From an uncultured delta proteobacterium (GTDB lineage: Bacteria > Myxococcota_A > UBA9160 > SZUA-336), in contig CAVPHD010000003.1 of the NCBI GenBank assembly GCA_963704165.1, positions 64,001-128,000 of the forward strand: DNA of 64,000 nt, in the 5' to 3' direction. Positions 54,910 to 63,492 of the stretch are shown here, in pieces (within the stretch, counting starts at the first letter, position 1; each line of letters opens with the position of its first letter). The notes beneath the pieces were generated by a model. That model made no database searches. It saw only the letters and a program-made list of their open reading frames with translations, and was not told the DNA's origin. A program made the translations under genes and the position numbers.

Positions 54910-55843
54910 GCGCAGGCCTCCGCAGCGCGCGCGATCGCGCCGTCGAGATCCTCGAGCTTTTCGATGTTCGCGCGTCCGAAGCTCCGATCGATCTTCGCCG
55001 CGAGACCCGACAGGACCTTTCCGGGGCCCACCTCGAGCTCGAGCTTCGCACCCGCGGCGATCAACTGCTTCACGCAATCGACCCAGCGCACCGGCGCACA
55101 GACCTGCTGCCGGAGTCTTGCGCGCGCGCCGTCGTCGCGTCCGAGTACGGCTTCGCGTCGACGTTCGATACCACCGGGACGCGAAGCGCGCAGAAACGCG
55201 CGGCCTCGAGCTCGGGCGTGAGCTTCTCCATCGCGGGCGCCATCAGCTCGCAGTGAAACGGCGCGGACACGTCGAGCACGACGACGCGCTTCGCACCCGC
55301 GGCCGTCATCCGTTCGCAAGCCTCCGACACCGCTTCCCGTCGGCCGGCGATCACGGTCTGAACCGGGGAATTGAAGTTCGCGGGCGCCACCACGCCATCG
55401 ATCTCGGCGCAGATGCGCGAGACCTCGGTCGCCTCGAGGCCGACGACCGCGGCCATCGCGCCCTCGCCGGCGGGGACCGCTTCCTGCATCAGCGCACCGC
55501 GGCGGCGCACGAGGCGGATCGCGTCCGCGAGCGGCAGCCCGCCGGACGCGACGAGCGCCGAGTACTCACCGAGGCTGTGCCCCGCGAAGAGCACCGGCAC
55601 GCGCGGTAGGCGCGGCTCGACGACCCGCCAGATCGCGATCGACGCCGCAAGAATCGCGGGCTGCGTGACTTCGGTGCGAGCGAGCTCGGCTGCCGGCCCG
55701 TTCTCGATCAGCTCGCGCAAACCCCCGCCGAACGCGGTGTCGGCTTCCTCGACGGCCGAGCGCGCTTCCGCGTGAGCCCGGACGAAGTCCATGGCCATGC
55801 CGACGGCCTGAGAGCCTTGTCCGGGAAAGACGACGGCCAGCAT
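54906..55843 (-). CDS. fabD: Malonyl-CoA:ACP transacylase, frameshift near 55120
   Basis: FPGQGSQ, GHSLGEY, VSAPFH, PVRW, EVGPG. Confidence 0.95.
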
Positions 55844-55873
55844 CGGCGCGGCTTGGGCCTGGTCGGACCAGGC

Positions 55874-56065
55874 CTAAACCTCCTCCTCCGACGCGACCTC
55901 GATGATCTGCCGGTCGCGGTAGTGACCGCACTCCTTGCAGACCCGGTGCGGCAGCTTGACCGAGCCACACTTCGAGCAGGTCGAGCGCGCCGGTTCGCCG
56001 AGCGCGTCGTGCGCACGCCGCTGGCGCGTCTGCGACTTGGACATCTTCTTCTTCGGTACGGCCAT
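55874..56065 (-). CDS. rpmF: 50S ribosomal protein L32 (Zn-binding type)
   Basis: MAVPKKKMSKS...CSKC...PHRVCKECG. Confidence 0.97.
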   Translation of the reverse strand: MAVPKKKMSKSQTRQRRAHDALGEPARSTCSKCGSVKLPHRVCKECGHYRDRQIIEVASEEEV

Positions 56066-56076
56066 GAATCAGTCTC

Positions 56077-56652
56077 CTAGGTGCCCCGGCGAACCTTTTT
56101 CCCGGACTCTTCGAGCAACCGGCCGAGACCGGCGAAGGGCCGAGTCGTTTGGCGAGTCTCGCACGCGCAGACTTGCCGACTCCGAACGGCCCCGCAGACC
56201 GAGCACAACCCGGCGCAGTCCTCCGAACAGAGTGGCTGCACGGGCCAGGCGAGCGCCACGATCTCCTGAATGACGGGGGCGAAGTCTAGCTCGTCGCCGG
56301 CATATCGCCCGAGCTCGAAATCTTCCGCGTCTAGCTCGATTCCTCCCTGTGGAATCAGCGCGGGATTCTGCGCGGGCTCGAGCAAGAGTTCCAGCGGCTC
56401 CGAGAATTCGATCGAGATCGGCTCGCCGCAGCGCGAGCAGAGAAAGCGTCCGGTACCCGTGACCCGGCCCCGGAACAAGAGGCGCATCCCCAGGCGGTAG
56501 GCCTCGATCTCGGCCACGAACGGCTCCACGAGCTCCGCCTCGCGGTCGCGGAAGGCGGCACGCATGCCCTCCCACCAAGCGCTGTCCGAGACGAGCCGGA
56601 AGGGGCGCGGAGTCTCGTCGATGGTCTGGATCCGGATGTGGAGCCCGGTCAT
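56077..56652 (-). CDS. yceD: DUF177/YceD family protein
   Basis: CSRC, PLCSEDCAGLCSVCG; upstream of rpmF. Confidence 0.92.
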   Translation of the reverse strand: MTGLHIRIQTIDETPRPFRLVSDSAWWEGMRAAFRDREAELVEPFVAEIEAYRLGMRLLFRGRVTGTGRFLCSRCGEPISIEFSEPLELLLEPAQNPALIPQGGIELDAEDFELGRYAGDELDFAPVIQEIVALAWPVQPLCSEDCAGLCSVCGAVRSRQVCACETRQTTRPFAGLGRLLEESGKKVRRGT

Positions 56653-56707
56653 GCGGAAATCCCCCGCCCCGACGCGAACTTGTCGCTGGTTCGACGAGCT
56701 TCGGGGA

Positions 56708-56736
56708 CGATTACGCCTCGCTTCGGGCCTTGTCAA
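56708..56736 (-). promoter_or_regulatory. Putative sigma70 promoter of the yceD-rpmF-fab operon
   Basis: TTGACA-N17-TAATCG on the minus strand. Confidence 0.5.
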
Positions 56737-56780
56737 CGCGCGCCTGCGGCTGCGCGGGACTTCGCGTAGATTCCCCGCCC

Positions 56781-58199
56781 ATGACGGTGGTCACCCGCTA
56801 CGCTCCGAGCCCGACCGGGGCGCTCCACATCGGCGGAGCGCGCACGGCGCTCTTCAGCTGGGCCTTTGCGCGACATCACGGCGGTCGCTTCCTCTTGCGC
56901 ATCGAGGACACCGACCGCGAGCGCTCGACGCGGGCGTCCGAGGATCTCGTGCTCGAGGCGCTGACCTGGCTCGGCCTCGACTGGGATCCGGTTCCCGGCT
57001 TCGACGCGACCCCGCGCCAGTCCGAGCGCGGGCCGCGCTATCGAGAGGCGATCGACGTGCTGCTCGCCAACGGCCACGCCTACCGCTGCACCTGCAGCGA
57101 GTCCGACGTCGAGGCGATGCGAGAGCGGGCGAAGGCCCAGGGTGCGAAGCCCCGCTACGACCGGAGCTGCCGCGGTCGGGCGATCGGAGCCGACAGCGCC
57201 AAGCCGTTCTGCGTGCGGCTGCGGGTGCCCGACATCGGCGGCCAGACGCGCTGGGACGACCTGATCTCGGGCCCGGCGGGCGAGGACGCGAGCGAGCTCG
57301 ACGATTTCGTGATCGCGCGAACCGACGGATCGTCGATCTACCACTTCGCGGTCGTCGTCGACGACCACGACATGGGCATCACCCACGTTCTGCGCGGCCG
57401 CGAGCACATGACCAGCACGCCTCGGCAGCTCTTGATCTACCAGGCGTTGGGCTGGGAGGCGCCTCAGTTCGGGCACGTTCCGCTGCTCGTCGAGCCGGGC
57501 GGCAAGAAGCTCTCGAAGCGACAGGATTCGGTGTCGGTTCAGAGCTACCGCGACCGGGGCTTCACGCCCGAGGCCGTGCTGAACTACATCGCGCGCCTCG
57601 GCTGGTCGCACGGGGATCTCGAGATCTTCTCGCAGGCACAGCTCGTCGAGCTCTTCACGCTCGACGGCGTCGGCTCGTCCCCGTCGCAGGTGCACGACGA
57701 CAAGCTGCTCTGGCTCTCGCAGCACTACATCAAGACGCTCCCACGCGAGACGTTGCTCGTTCGCCTGCAGCGCTTCCTCGATTCGGAGGCCGGCCGACCG
57801 GTCGCGATCGATGAAGGGCTTCACACGCTCGTCGACCTCTTGCGCGAGCGCAGCAAGACGCTGATCGAGATGGCGCAGCTCGCGCGTTTCTACTACGTGG
57901 ACGCGCTCACCCGCGACGCCAAGGCGAGCGCGAAGTTCCTGCGGCCCGAGATCGCCGAGCCGCTGCGCGAGCTGCGGGCGGCGCTGGCGGACGTGCCGAG
58001 CTGGGAACGTCGAGCGCTCGAGACCGCCTTCCACGAGGTGATCGCGAAGCACGGCCTGCAGCTCGGTGCGCTCGCGCAGCCGGTCCGGGTCGCGATCACC
58101 GGCGGGACCGTGAGCCCGCCGATCTTCGAGACCCTGGAAGTCCTGGGCCGCGAGCGCTCCCTGGAGCGCCTGGACGCCGCCGTGGATTCGATCCATTGA
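56781..58199 (+). CDS. gltX: Glutamate--tRNA ligase
   Basis: RYAPSPTGALHIGG, LRIEDTD, KLSKR; TAGATT 8 nt before the ATG and no SD (possibly leaderless). Confidence 0.97.
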   Translation: MTVVTRYAPSPTGALHIGGARTALFSWAFARHHGGRFLLRIEDTDRERSTRASEDLVLEALTWLGLDWDPVPGFDATPRQSERGPRYREAIDVLLANGHAYRCTCSESDVEAMRERAKAQGAKPRYDRSCRGRAIGADSAKPFCVRLRVPDIGGQTRWDDLISGPAGEDASELDDFVIARTDGSSIYHFAVVVDDHDMGITHVLRGREHMTSTPRQLLIYQALGWEAPQFGHVPLLVEPGGKKLSKRQDSVSVQSYRDRGFTPEAVLNYIARLGWSHGDLEIFSQAQLVELFTLDGVGSSPSQVHDDKLLWLSQHYIKTLPRETLLVRLQRFLDSEAGRPVAIDEGLHTLVDLLRERSKTLIEMAQLARFYYVDALTRDAKASAKFLRPEIAEPLRELRAALADVPSWERRALETAFHEVIAKHGLQLGALAQPVRVAITGGTVSPPIFETLEVLGRERSLERLDAAVDSIH

Positions 58200-58223
58200 G
58201 GCCCGACGATCGCCCGGTATATT
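58196..58223 (+). promoter_or_regulatory. Putative promoter of tRNA-Gln
   Basis: TTGAGG-N16-TATATT, 12 nt before the tRNA. Confidence 0.5.
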
Positions 58224-58235
58224 GCGAGCCGGAAT

Positions 58236-58309
58236 TGGCGGATCGTCTAACGGTAGGACGTCGGGTTCTGGCCCCGTTAATCTAGGTTCGAATCCTAGTC
58301 CGCCAACCA
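58236..58309 (+). tRNA. tRNA-Gln (anticodon CTG)
   Basis: Acceptor TGGCGGA/TCCGCCA, anticodon loop TT-CTG-GC, T-arm GGTTCGAATCC, encoded CCA. Confidence 0.95.
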
Positions 58310-58321
58310 ACCTTTCCCGCG

Positions 58322-58500
58322 GATCGCGCCCGCGTGCAGCGTCGGTCGAATAGGCTCCACGGGCAGATCGTCTCAGGGGCGGCGACACGCTCCCGAACGG
58401 GTCCGCGAGAAGGCAGACGGCGAAGGTCGGCTGCCCAAGGCGAGTCAGACTCCCACCCTCTTCTCTGGCTCGCCCTCGCGGACCCCCCGGGGCGGTCGCA
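58322..58500 (+). ncRNA. Candidate structured non-coding RNA (unassigned; strand uncertain)
   Basis: Nested stems: GGGTCCGCGAG/CTCGCGGACCC enclosing GGCAG..CTGCC and GGCGAGTCAGA/TCTGGCTCGCC; outer GCGAC/GTCGC. Confidence 0.5.
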
Positions 58501-58514
58501 GCTTCCACGCTCCC

Positions 58515-58576
58515 TCCAAAGCGCGAGAGCGGGAGATCCGGAAACGAGTCCGGGTCTCCCGCTCTTCTGCTTTGGA
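58515..58576. terminator. Long bidirectional terminator-like hairpin
   Basis: GAGCGGGAGATCCGGA/TCCGGGTCTCCCGCTC extended by TCCAAAGC/GCTTTGGA, between convergent units. Confidence 0.7.
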
Positions 58577-58598
58577 ATCGTGGAGCGCGGGGCGCGGC

Positions 58599-58931
58599 TC
58601 AGTAGCCGGACGAGACCGCGACGCACTGCCCCATCGGGCGCGCGAACGTGAACTTCGCCGCGGGCACGACCATCATGGACGCGAACTGCGGGTAGTCGCG
58701 GTTCAGCGCCGCGGGCACGATGATCGAGGCCGTGATCGGAACCAGCGACACCGCCCCGACGACCATCATGCTGAACGAGATCGGTCGCATCACGAGGGCG
58801 TCGAAGGCTTTCGGGTAGGCACAGTCGTCGAGCGAGTCCTCGTAGCCGACCGCGCCGGCCTGGCCCGGAACGAGCCCGAGCGCGGCGACGAGTGCGAGGG
58901 CAACGAGCGAGTTTCGAATCAGATTGCGCAT
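58599..58931 (-). CDS. Small exported/membrane hypothetical protein
   Basis: Signal peptide, DALVMRP + hydrophobic segment, PAAKFTFARPMG; SD GGAGGA. Confidence 0.75.
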   Translation of the reverse strand: MRNLIRNSLVALALVAALGLVPGQAGAVGYEDSLDDCAYPKAFDALVMRPISFSMMVVGAVSLVPITASIIVPAALNRDYPQFASMMVVPAAKFTFARPMGQCVAVSSGY

Positions 58932-58945
58932 GGGGTCCTCCTGCG

Positions 58946-60133
58946 TCACCGACCCGATCGGCCTGCAGCGTCGCCCACTTGAACGCCCCGGTGATAGACG
59001 GCTTCGAGCTCGAGCGAGGGTCCGAACGCGAGCAGGTCCGCGTCTGCCCCCGCGACGAGACTGCCTTTCCTGCCCGAAAGCCCGAGAACCGCGGCGGGCG
59101 TCGCGCTCGCCATCTGCACGGCCGTCGCGAGCGGAATCCCCGCCAGGCGGACCGCCGCACGCACCGCGTCCACGAGCGCGATCACGCTTCCCGCGAGCGA
59201 TTCGCCCGTCGTCGCGTAGCCCTCGGCCCGGATCTCGGCCTCGAGCCCGCCCATCCGGTAGCGGCCCGGCGGTAGACCCGCGGCCGGCGTGGAATCCGAG
59301 ACCAGCGCGACCGCGGCCGGCCCGCGCAGCTCGACCAACGCGCGCGCGAGCTCGGGGTGAAGGTGGTGCCCGTCGAGGATCACGCTCCCGCGCAGCCGCC
59401 GCTCGACCAGAAACGCACCGACGACGTTCGGCTCGCTGCGCCGGAAGCCGGCCGCCGCATCGAAGGGACGGCTCGGCCAGTCGCTCGCGTTTCCGACGTG
59501 GGTGACGAAGGAGAGCCCGCGCGAGATCGACTCGCGAAGCAGCGCCAGCGTGGCGAGCGAGTGGCCGGCGGCGACGACGGCACCGGCCGCGGAGAACGTC
59601 GACACCGCGTCGAGCCCGCCCGCGCGCTCCGGCGCGAGCGTCACCATGCGCAGCGCCGAACCGGACGCCGCGATCATGCGCGCGACACGATCCGGTGTCG
59701 GGTCGCAGAGATGGGCGCTCGCGTGCGCACCGCGCTTGCCTTCGGCGAGGAAGGGGCCCTCGAGGTGGATCCCGACGACCGGGCCCTCGACCGAGACGTC
59801 GGCGCGAAGCCGCGCGAGCGCGCGCTCGAGGTGATCGAGCGGAGCGGTCACGAGCGTGGCGAGCAGGCTCGTCGTCCCCGAACGCAGGTGGAACGCCGTC
59901 GCTCGCGCCCGCACGTCGGCATCCGCGGCGTCGTAGGCCGCGCCGTCGCCGCCGTTCACCTGCAGATCGACCAAGCCCGGCGCGAGCGTCGCATTTTCGT
60001 GTCGGACGTCGCCGGGAAGCGGATCGACGTCCGTCTCGATCGAAGCGATCCGGCCTTCGACGCAGCGAACCCGCACGCTCGCGTGCTCGCCGTCGGGCAG
60101 GAGCGCCTTCGCGGCCCAGAGCGAGAGCGTCAA
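58946..60133 (-). CDS. nagA: N-acetylglucosamine-6-phosphate deacetylase
   Basis: PGLVDLQVNG, GIHLEGPFL..KRGAH, TLAPE, GHS, DGHH, LAGS, G.DADL. Confidence 0.9.
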   Translation of the reverse strand: MTLSLWAAKALLPDGEHASVRVRCVEGRIASIETDVDPLPGDVRHENATLAPGLVDLQVNGGDGAAYDAADADVRARATAFHLRSGTTSLLATLVTAPLDHLERALARLRADVSVEGPVVGIHLEGPFLAEGKRGAHASAHLCDPTPDRVARMIAASGSALRMVTLAPERAGGLDAVSTFSAAGAVVAAGHSLATLALLRESISRGLSFVTHVGNASDWPSRPFDAAAGFRRSEPNVVGAFLVERRLRGSVILDGHHLHPELARALVELRGPAAVALVSDSTPAAGLPPGRYRMGGLEAEIRAEGYATTGESLAGSVIALVDAVRAAVRLAGIPLATAVQMASATPAAVLGLSGRKGSLVAGADADLLAFGPSLELEAVYHRGVQVGDAAGRSGR

Positions 60134-60924
60134 GCGTTCTTCACCAGCGCGACCATCGCGTCCGTCGCCACGTCGATGCACGCGTCCATGTTCTTGTCGA
60201 TGTCGAGCTCGGCCGGCCCGGGCCACGGCGCCCGATCCGACACGACGCAGATGCAGCCCGCCTGCAGGCCGAAGAGCCCCGCGAGCGTCAGCAGGATCCC
60301 GCTCTCCATCTCGCAGTTCTGCACGCGCGCCGCGCGCATCTGCTCGATCCGCTCGGCCAACTCGGGCGCGCGATAGCCGCCGAAGCTCATCGACGCGATC
60401 GCCCCGTCCGGATCGAGCACCGCATTGCGCGCGTAGAACGCGTCGAGCGACCAGGTCACGCCGACGGCGTGACGCACCCCGCGCGCGCGCGCCGCACCGA
60501 CAAGCGCCGCCACGACGGCCCAGTCCGAAACCGCGGGATATTCGGGCAGCACGTAGCTGCGCGAGGTGCCGTCATCGCGGACCGCGCCGGTCGTGATCAC
60601 GAGGTCCCCGAGCGCGAGCTCGGGCTGAAGGCCCCCGCTGTTGCCGACGCGGATCATCCGCCGCACGCCGATCTTCGCCAGCTCCTCGACCAGGATCGCG
60701 GTGCTCGGCGCGCCAATTCCCGTCGAGGCCGCCGCCATCCGCACCCCGTCGCGCTCGCCGACCGCCACGCGGTACTCGCGCAGGCTCAGCACCTCGCGCA
60801 CGTTCGACCACGACTTCGCGATCCGCGGCACCCGCGCGGGATCCCCGCACAGGAACACGTTCTCGCCCACCGCCCCGCGCCGCAGCCCCGTGATCGGCTG
60901 ACCCGGCTCCTCACCGCTGCTCAT
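60130..60924 (-). CDS. udp: Nucleoside (uridine) phosphorylase
   Basis: GDPARV, REY, STGIGAPS.AI..EEL, RVG, DAFY, EMES. Confidence 0.88.
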   Translation of the reverse strand: MSSGEEPGQPITGLRRGAVGENVFLCGDPARVPRIAKSWSNVREVLSLREYRVAVGERDGVRMAAASTGIGAPSTAILVEELAKIGVRRMIRVGNSGGLQPELALGDLVITTGAVRDDGTSRSYVLPEYPAVSDWAVVAALVGAARARGVRHAVGVTWSLDAFYARNAVLDPDGAIASMSFGGYRAPELAERIEQMRAARVQNCEMESGILLTLAGLFGLQAGCICVVSDRAPWPGPAELDIDKNMDACIDVATDAMVALVKNA

Positions 60925-61020
60925 TCCCCCTCCCCCTTCTCGGCGCGTAAGCTAGCCGTGCTCGAGCGAGCCGGGAAATCCAAACGCGCCGCCCTTCGGC
61001 AGTGCGGGTCGGCAATCTGG

Positions 61021-61049
61021 TTGACGCCCGCCAGCCCCCCACCTACTCT
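61021..61049 (+). promoter_or_regulatory. Sigma70 promoter of tRNA-Glu
   Basis: TTGACG-N17-TACTCT followed by a GC-rich discriminator. Confidence 0.7.
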
Positions 61050-61064
61050 GCGCGGCCTCCGGTC

Positions 61065-61140
61065 GGTCCCTTCGTCTAGAGGCCTAGGATGTCAGGTTCT
61101 CACCCTGGAGACACGGGTTCGACTCCCGTAGGGACCACCA
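61065..61140 (+). tRNA. tRNA-Glu (anticodon CTC)
   Basis: Acceptor GGTCCCT/AGGGACC, loop TT-CTC-AC, T-arm GGTTCGACTCC, CCA. Confidence 0.96.
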
Positions 61141-61540
61141 AGACTTACGCGATTCGGTGTCGGTAGGTCGGGTTGCTTTCGGGGCAATTTCCAGTCGCGC
61201 GAGCACGTCGGCTGGAAGCTCACCCGCCTCGAGCCTCATCGCCTCGCGGACGCATCGCCGCCCGCCCAGCGTGCGTAGTGCTGGCGGCCAACGACGTAGC
61301 CGAGCTGGACGCCGGCGGTGAGGAGTTGGGACGCGAACGTGTCGCGCAGGTCCTTCAGGTTCTGATGGCCGATCGCGGCGGCCTTCAGGATGCGGCGCCA
61401 CTCGGAGCGCCGGAACACGGTCGGGTCGAAACCGGGAAGCACGTTGGCCTCGATCAGACCGGGCGGGCAGCTGCGCGGCGGGCTCTCTTCGATCGAGAAC
61501 GCGCGGCGCGGATCGTCGGCAGCCTCGGCGAGCGCGATCC
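61141..61540 (-). pseudogene. Decayed tyrosine recombinase/integrase C-terminus abutting the tRNA-Glu 3' end
   Basis: WRRILKAAAIG...LKDLRDTFASQLLTAGVQLGYV..HYARW; the LGH segment and N-terminus are missing and the tail is frameshifted. Confidence 0.75.
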
Positions 61541-61696
61541 GCCCCGGTGCCCCCCCGCGGCCTCGACTCTGGAGGAAAAACGGGTGTCGGACGGTCAGTC
61601 GGAACTCGCGCTGACCACCGTCGAGGACTGAGGTTCCTGCGGTCCGACTCCCAGTTCAATGAGCTGCAATCTGGTCAAGCCGCACTTTCCGCTCAT

Positions 61697-62527
61697 CTAC
61701 TCCGCGTCCGGCGACCTGGCGGGTGGACTGCGGAGATGTTGGGAACGCGCCGGCAGGCGGTGTCGCAGAATCCAGAGTGCGAGCAGCTCGGTCCTGCTGT
61801 GCACCCGATAGCGCCGGTACAGGGCCTTCACGTACTGATGCACTGTGTGATCGCTCAGCTCCAGACGCGCAGCTGTCTCTTTCTCGGAGAGCCCCTCGAG
61901 CATGGCATCGAGCGTCTCTTGCAGGCGCGGGGCCAGCGGCGCCGGGTGGCCAGCGGCACTCGCCAGCTCGCGACCGATCATGGGGGCGACCTCCTGGTGG
62001 ACGAGATCGAGCACGTTCCGGTCGCGCGCAGACCAGGGTCGATCTGAACCGCGGCGATGCAGTACCACCATGTCGAAGCGCTTGTCGGGCCACTCGTGAA
62101 ACGAGCAGAGTGAGTCATCGATCCCGAGTGGCGACAGGTAGTCAGAGTAGTAGACAGACTCGTAGTGATCGCGGTCGCTCATGATCTGCCTGCGAACCGC
62201 GGTCCGGTGCGGTGGCTCGAATCGCTCGAGGAACGCGTTCATGTTGGGGTCGACGTTCGGTCCCATGCGCTCCATGTATTCGAGCCACCTCTTGCGAGAC
62301 CCATCGCTGTCCCAGCCACGATCCAAGACGAGAGTGGGCTCCACGGTGCCGGACAGTGCCCGGTGTCCCGCGGCGGCGACGGCGACGAAATCACCGAGAA
62401 GTCGGTCCAAGCGCTCGAGGAAGTGCGTCCGCCAGAGAAACGGGTCGGCTCCGAGCTCCCGGCACTCCCCGACCAAGCGGAAGATCTCCTTGGAGTCGTG
62501 CTGCGTGACGTGGCCGGACTTGGACAA
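61697..62527 (-). CDS. LuxR-type HTH regulator with N-terminal GAF-like sensor (paralog 2)
   Basis: C-terminal EGLSEKETAARLELSDHTVHQYVKALYRR..V.SRTEL; TTG start after GGAG. Confidence 0.88.
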   Translation of the reverse strand: MSKSGHVTQHDSKEIFRLVGECRELGADPFLWRTHFLERLDRLLGDFVAVAAAGHRALSGTVEPTLVLDRGWDSDGSRKRWLEYMERMGPNVDPNMNAFLERFEPPHRTAVRRQIMSDRDHYESVYYSDYLSPLGIDDSLCSFHEWPDKRFDMVVLHRRGSDRPWSARDRNVLDLVHQEVAPMIGRELASAAGHPAPLAPRLQETLDAMLEGLSEKETAARLELSDHTVHQYVKALYRRYRVHSRTELLALWILRHRLPARSQHLRSPPARSPDAE

Positions 62528-62534
62528 TGAACTC

Positions 62535-63335
62535 CTAGGCACCATTCCGCCGGGACAGGCGGTGCCGACGAATCCAGAGTGCGAGCAGCTCCGTACGGCT
62601 CCGCACCCGGTAGCGTCGATACAGCGCTTTCACGTACTGATGAACCGTGTGCTCGCTCAGCAGAAGGCGTGCAGCCGCCTCCTTCTCCGAGAGCCCCTCG
62701 AGCATGACGTCGAGTGCCTGTTGCAGGCGTGGAGGAAGCCGTGTGAGATCATGACTGTCGGCACTCGCCAGCTCGCGGCCGATCATGGGAACGATCTCCC
62801 GGTGCAGGAGATCGAGCAGCTTCAACTCACGAGTATTCCACGGTCTGTCTTTCGATCGCCGATGCAGTACGACGATGTCGAAACGCCCGTCTGGCATCTG
62901 ATGAAACGAACAAACGGAGTCATCGACGTGGATTCTCGACAGATAGTCATGGAAGTAGCCAGACTCGTAGTGATCCCTGTCGCCGATGATCTGCCGGCGG
63001 ACGGCCGTCCGGTGTGGCGGATCGAATCGCGCGAGGAATGCGTTCATGATCGGGTCGCCCTTCAGCCCTACGAGCGCCATGTAGTCGAGCCATATTCTCC
63101 GTGAAGAGTCGCAATCCCAGCCGCGATCCACGACCAGCGCTGGTTCGATGTTGCGCGCCGCGGACGTCCGCCGTCCCTCTCCGACGATAGCGAGGCAATC
63201 GCCTAGCAGGCGGTTCGTGCCTTCGAGTAGGTGCCTGCGCCACACGAACGCATCGGCTCCCAGCTCCCGGCACTCCCCGAGCAGGAGAAAGACCTGCTTG
63301 TAGTCTTGCGTTGTGAGCTGGCCGGACTTCGACAA
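62535..63335 (-). CDS. LuxR-type HTH regulator with N-terminal GAF-like sensor (paralog 1)
   Basis: Collinear with paralog 2; EGLSEKEAAARLLLSEHTVHQYVK; TTG start after GGAG. Confidence 0.88.
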   Translation of the reverse strand: MSKSGQLTTQDYKQVFLLLGECRELGADAFVWRRHLLEGTNRLLGDCLAIVGEGRRTSAARNIEPALVVDRGWDCDSSRRIWLDYMALVGLKGDPIMNAFLARFDPPHRTAVRRQIIGDRDHYESGYFHDYLSRIHVDDSVCSFHQMPDGRFDIVVLHRRSKDRPWNTRELKLLDLLHREIVPMIGRELASADSHDLTRLPPRLQQALDVMLEGLSEKEAAARLLLSEHTVHQYVKALYRRYRVRSRTELLALWIRRHRLSRRNGA

Positions 63336-63419
63336 TGACGAACTCCGTTTCTCATAGAGTAATCGAGATACCCGGAGTACCGGCAAGAATCCGAACCCCG
63401 GTGTCGCTGTATTTTCGCC

Positions 63420-63435
63420 TCCCCTGTTCAGGGGA
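63420..63435. promoter_or_regulatory. Palindromic candidate operator
   Basis: TCCCCTG-TT-CAGGGGA in the divergent intergenic region. Confidence 0.5.
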
Positions 63436-63492
63436 ATTGGCCTCCGTGCCGCATGTCTCGAAGATGGGCCTCGTTCTCAGAGGAGACGAACG

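Noticed and set aside
58334..58651. 105-aa ORF over the structured intergenic region
   Set aside because: No SD, Arg/Gly/Ser-rich composition, runs through the terminator hairpin and into the opposite gene.
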